10,375 bases of DNA from an archaeon (GTDB lineage Archaea; Iainarchaeota; Iainarchaeia; Iainarchaeales; 1-14-0-10-31-34): the NCBI GenBank assembly GCA_043815885.1, contig JBDRIL010000001.1, positions 1 to 10,375 of the forward strand, given 5' to 3'. Both the position numbers and the translations under genes were made by a program. Below are positions 8,115-10,375 of the stretch, piece after piece; position 1 is the stretch's first letter; each line of letters starts with the position of its first letter. The notes beneath the pieces are model-generated. The model made no database searches. It saw only the letters and a program-made list of their open reading frames with translations, and was not told where the DNA came from.

Positions 8115-8179
8115 ACCAAAAAACCTTCCATAATTTCTTAATAGAAAAAGCAGTGAAGTTATTTTAAGGAGCAGTTTTT

Positions 8180-9133
8180 TTAGCCGCTCCCACCTACACA
8201 CAAGGGTTTACATAAGCCAATGCTTGAACCATCGGCACAACATCCTGTCCCACCAGGGCAAATGCAACCCTCAGTCTCACCACAAGTGCATCCAACAAAA
8301 GAAGGGTTTCCTGGATCAGAATAATCATATTCCAAAGTACACGCAGAACCTGGTTCTGCGATAATGTTTCCACAGGAACCCCCAGTGTAAACCCATTCAG
8401 AGGCTGAGTCTTCTCTTCCTACTGCATCAGTTACAGTCAGTGTCACTGTTTTCATTACATAGCCTGAATATACATGTGGTGGCGGGTCTTTTTCATCCGA
8501 AGTTGTCCCGTCCCCAAAAATCCATTCATTTGCAACTATCTCCTCTGCAGTTTTATATGATTGATTAGTAAAATTAATTGTTTTTCTAGGAGGATCGCCA
8601 CCATCATGCACCCAATCAAATGCCGCTACAGGATAAAAATCAATATCAATTGTTTTTTTTGCTGTGTTTTTTCCTCCCTCGTTGTCAGTAACAGTTAATG
8701 TCACCAGATAAGGAATGTTTTGAGTGAATTCATGTGTTGGGTTTGAGAGTGTTGAAGTTCCTCCATCTCCGAAATTCCAGCTCCAACTATCAATGCTTCC
8801 ATTTGGGGTAGTTGAGGTATCAGTGAATTCTACTTCAATTGGTGCGGGGCCTCCACTATCCCCAATACTTGTCTCAAAATTCGCTTTTGGTCCTTCTGCT
8901 TTGCCTATTTCTTCTTCAAATAATCCTTTTCCTTTATTTACTGAATTAGTTCCTGTTTCTCCGATTGAAGCCATTATAGCCACAGATACAGCCACAAGTA
9001 TCAGTACCCCTCCAATTATTATAAGATACTCTAATCCTCCTTGTCCTTTTTCATTGTGTGCCTGTGGCATACAATGTTTTTTTGATAAAACTTTTAATAA
9101 AAGTTTTTTTTCCTTCATTTCCATTCCTTCCAT
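8180..9133 (-). CDS. Class III signal peptide (type IV pilin-like) protein with two PKD domains and a C-terminal 10-Cys domain
   Basis: KG|QGGLEYLIIIGGVLILVAVSVAIM; PKD cores WSWNFGDG and WIFGDG, each followed by VTLTVTD; Cys-rich tail at 8180-8374. The start could also be ATG 9124, 9118 or 9070. Confidence 0.88.
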   Translation of the reverse strand: MEGMEMKEKKLLLKVLSKKHCMPQAHNEKGQGGLEYLIIIGGVLILVAVSVAIMASIGETGTNSVNKGKGLFEEEIGKAEGPKANFETSIGDSGGPAPIEVEFTDTSTTPNGSIDSWSWNFGDGGTSTLSNPTHEFTQNIPYLVTLTVTDNEGGKNTAKKTIDIDFYPVAAFDWVHDGGDPPRKTINFTNQSYKTAEEIVANEWIFGDGTTSDEKDPPPHVYSGYVMKTVTLTVTDAVGREDSASEWVYTGGSCGNIIAEPGSACTLEYDYSDPGNPSFVGCTCGETEGCICPGGTGCCADGSSIGLCKPLCVGGSG

Positions 9134-9153
9134 TAATAGATAGTTTTTCTTTA

Positions 9154-9161
9154 TTTATAAA
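9154..9161 (-). promoter_or_regulatory. TATA box for the 8180-9133 gene
   Basis: TTTATAAA starting 28 nt before ATG 9133, preceded by purine-rich GAAGGAATAAA (BRE-like). Confidence 0.65.
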
Positions 9162-9176
9162 TTTATTCCTTCAGTT

Positions 9177-9611
9177 TTAAGAAGGAGCAACTGTAATCAA
9201 TTTCATTGCAGTGTGTGTTCTGGAGTCGTCATCTGTATGCCATGCAGTTAATTCTACCCTGAATTCCCCGCAGGAAGTGTAATTGTGTGTTTCTTCAAAT
9301 GCAATTGATATAGGGCTTCCATCCCCATAATTCCATTCATAGCTGTTTGCTCTTTCTGATTTATTTGTAAAGGTAACCTCAGCTGAAACAGATTCACAAT
9401 TAACTGAAAAACTCACAGGGCTTGCAGTAAACCTTGCCATTGGCCCTAATAGAGTGTCCAAATCTTCTTCGAATAATTCTCCTCCCTCATTTACTCTGTT
9501 TTTTCCTGCCTCTCCCAGGGAAGTCATTACCACTATTGCTACAGCTATTAATAGTATTACTCCTCCAAGCAACAGCAAGTACTCCAGTCCTGTTTGCCCT
9601 CTATTATTCAT
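9177..9611 (-). CDS. Class III signal peptide (type IV pilin-like) protein with one PKD domain
   Basis: MNNRG|QTGLEYLLLLGGVILLIAVAIVVM; PKD motifs FTNKS...YEWNYGDG...HNY...VELTA; two Cys residues that could form a disulfide. Confidence 0.9.
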   Translation of the reverse strand: MNNRGQTGLEYLLLLGGVILLIAVAIVVMTSLGEAGKNRVNEGGELFEEDLDTLLGPMARFTASPVSFSVNCESVSAEVTFTNKSERANSYEWNYGDGSPISIAFEETHNYTSCGEFRVELTAWHTDDDSRTHTAMKLITVAPS

Positions 9612-9637
9612 TTCAATAAACTAATTAGTTTTTTCTG

Positions 9638-9645
9638 TTAATAAA
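9638..9645 (-). promoter_or_regulatory. TATA box for the 9177-9611 gene
   Basis: TTTATTAA starting 34 nt before ATG 9611, in the same AATA-NN context as the other promoters. Followed by a 14-bp palindrome at 9618-9631. Confidence 0.55.
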
Positions 9646-9669
9646 CTTATTGGAAAATGAATAAATCAA

Positions 9670-10375
9670 TCAGTCCGAAATAATTGTGCAACTCTGGTAA
9701 GTCGCAATGTCTGCTGGGATACATTCTCCAGGAGTTTCAGTATCAAGTGCACAGCAAATTGACCCTGCACCAAAACGACTGCAGTCCTCGCATTCAGTTC
9801 TCTCTGCCAAAAAACACAAACACCCAGTAGCTTCTACTGGAGCATCTGGATCACTGAAATCATATTCCAGTCCACATGCATCAGTTGGTTCTGCTATTCC
9901 ATTCCCGCACACTCCCAGAACACGAACATTTCCTGTAGTGGTGGATTCTCCTCCTCTCTTGTCGTTTACTGTAAGTATTACTTCTATTCCGCCTTCATAA
10001 TAGTCATCGTATTGGTGCACTGGATTTTGTTCTGTTGAATTTACATCATCTCCAAAATCCCAGTTCCATTCAATTATTGCGTCATCCAAATCCTTTTTGT
10101 CTGGGGAACCTGAATTAGAGTCATCAAAGAAATTAATTGTTTTAATTGCACTCAATTCATGTCTATAACTAAAGTTTGCATCAGGAGGCGTGTCTGGAGG
10201 AATAATGCTGATTAATTCATCTGCATAACTCTTTCTTCCATCATTATCTGTTACTTTTAGTATTGCCAAAAATCTTCCATATTCAGTGTATTGGTAGGTT
10301 GTATCTCCTGGCGCGGCATTTATTATTTCTGTTTCTCCGTCTCCAAAGTCCCATTCCCATTCAACAATATTTGCT
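9670..10375 (-). CDS. PKD-domain surface protein (at least two PKD domains) with a C-terminal 10-Cys domain; 5'-partial
   Basis: The frame stays open past the ORF-track TTG (10269) to the window edge: ANIVEWEWDFGDGETEIINAAPGDTTYQYTEYGRFLAILKVTDNDG. A second PKD core is WNWDFGDD. The Cys tail at 9670-9909 is homologous to that of 8180-9133. Confidence 0.88.
   Translation of the reverse strand, partial: ANIVEWEWDFGDGETEIINAAPGDTTYQYTEYGRFLAILKVTDNDGRKSYADELISIIPPDTPPDANFSYRHELSAIKTINFFDDSNSGSPDKKDLDDAIIEWNWDFGDDVNSTEQNPVHQYDDYYEGGIEVILTVNDKRGGESTTTGNVRVLGVCGNGIAEPTDACGLEYDFSDPDAPVEATGCLCFLAERTECEDCSRFGAGSICCALDTETPGECIPADIATYQSCTIISD

Noticed and set aside
8090..8131. Out-of-frame ATG 8131 followed by a T6 run; one extra T would give MEGFFGLARAF in the GTPase frame (possible slippage or homopolymer error)
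   Set aside because: The in-frame TTG at 8114 already explains the gene and there is no other sign of recoding. Read inspection would settle it.
8115..8201. ORF-track N-terminal extension of the GTPase (GTG 8201)
   Set aside because: It overlaps the upstream gene's 3' end and extends well beyond where NOG1-like similarity begins. TTG 8114 with an SD-like GGAAGGT is more plausible.
97..10000. All plus-strand ORFs in the track (for example 97-285, 3028-3627, 4048-4695, 5383-5847, 7153-7512, 8724-9143, 9707-10000)
   Set aside because: They are antisense shadows of well-supported minus-strand genes. Their Phe/Ser/Leu-rich content mirrors Lys/Glu codons and they show no motifs.
10267..10269. TTG 10269 as the start of the 9670 gene
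   Set aside because: It lies in the middle of a PKD domain and the frame is open to the window edge.
8180..10375. Diversity-generating retroelement or recombinational cassette behind the variable Cys tips
   Set aside because: No reverse transcriptase or recombinase is in the window, and I saw no near-identical TR/VR pair with adenine-specific mismatches. The paralogs differ by indels and general divergence.
1..10375. CRISPR array, tRNA/rRNA genes, IS elements, alternative genetic code
   Set aside because: Intergenic gaps are all under about 75 nt and AT-rich, with no repeat-spacer periodicity or transposase. Genes translate fully in the standard code, with TAA and TGA as stops.

Overview
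An archaeal chromosomal segment, probably DPANN-like. That assignment is inferred from PolD, the class III prepilin signals, the Lys/Glu-rich proteins and the compact gene packing. All credible genes lie on the minus strand. In transcription order (right to left): three tandem, related PKD-domain surface/pilin-like genes (the first is cut by the window edge, two show [KR]GQxxLEY class III signal peptides, two end in a shared 10-cysteine domain); a NOG1-family GTPase; a translationally coupled UPF0147 - polB (DP1) - polC (DP2) unit; and a Cys8 zinc-finger gene missing from the ORF track that runs off the left edge. DP2 carries a 493-aa LAGLIDADG intein at the catalytic KRRN/CDGD site. It ends in an atypical Tyr-Asp rather than His-Asn or His-Gln. 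DP1 has two non-canonical residues at exonuclease metal-ligand positions. A shared promoter signature precedes four genes.
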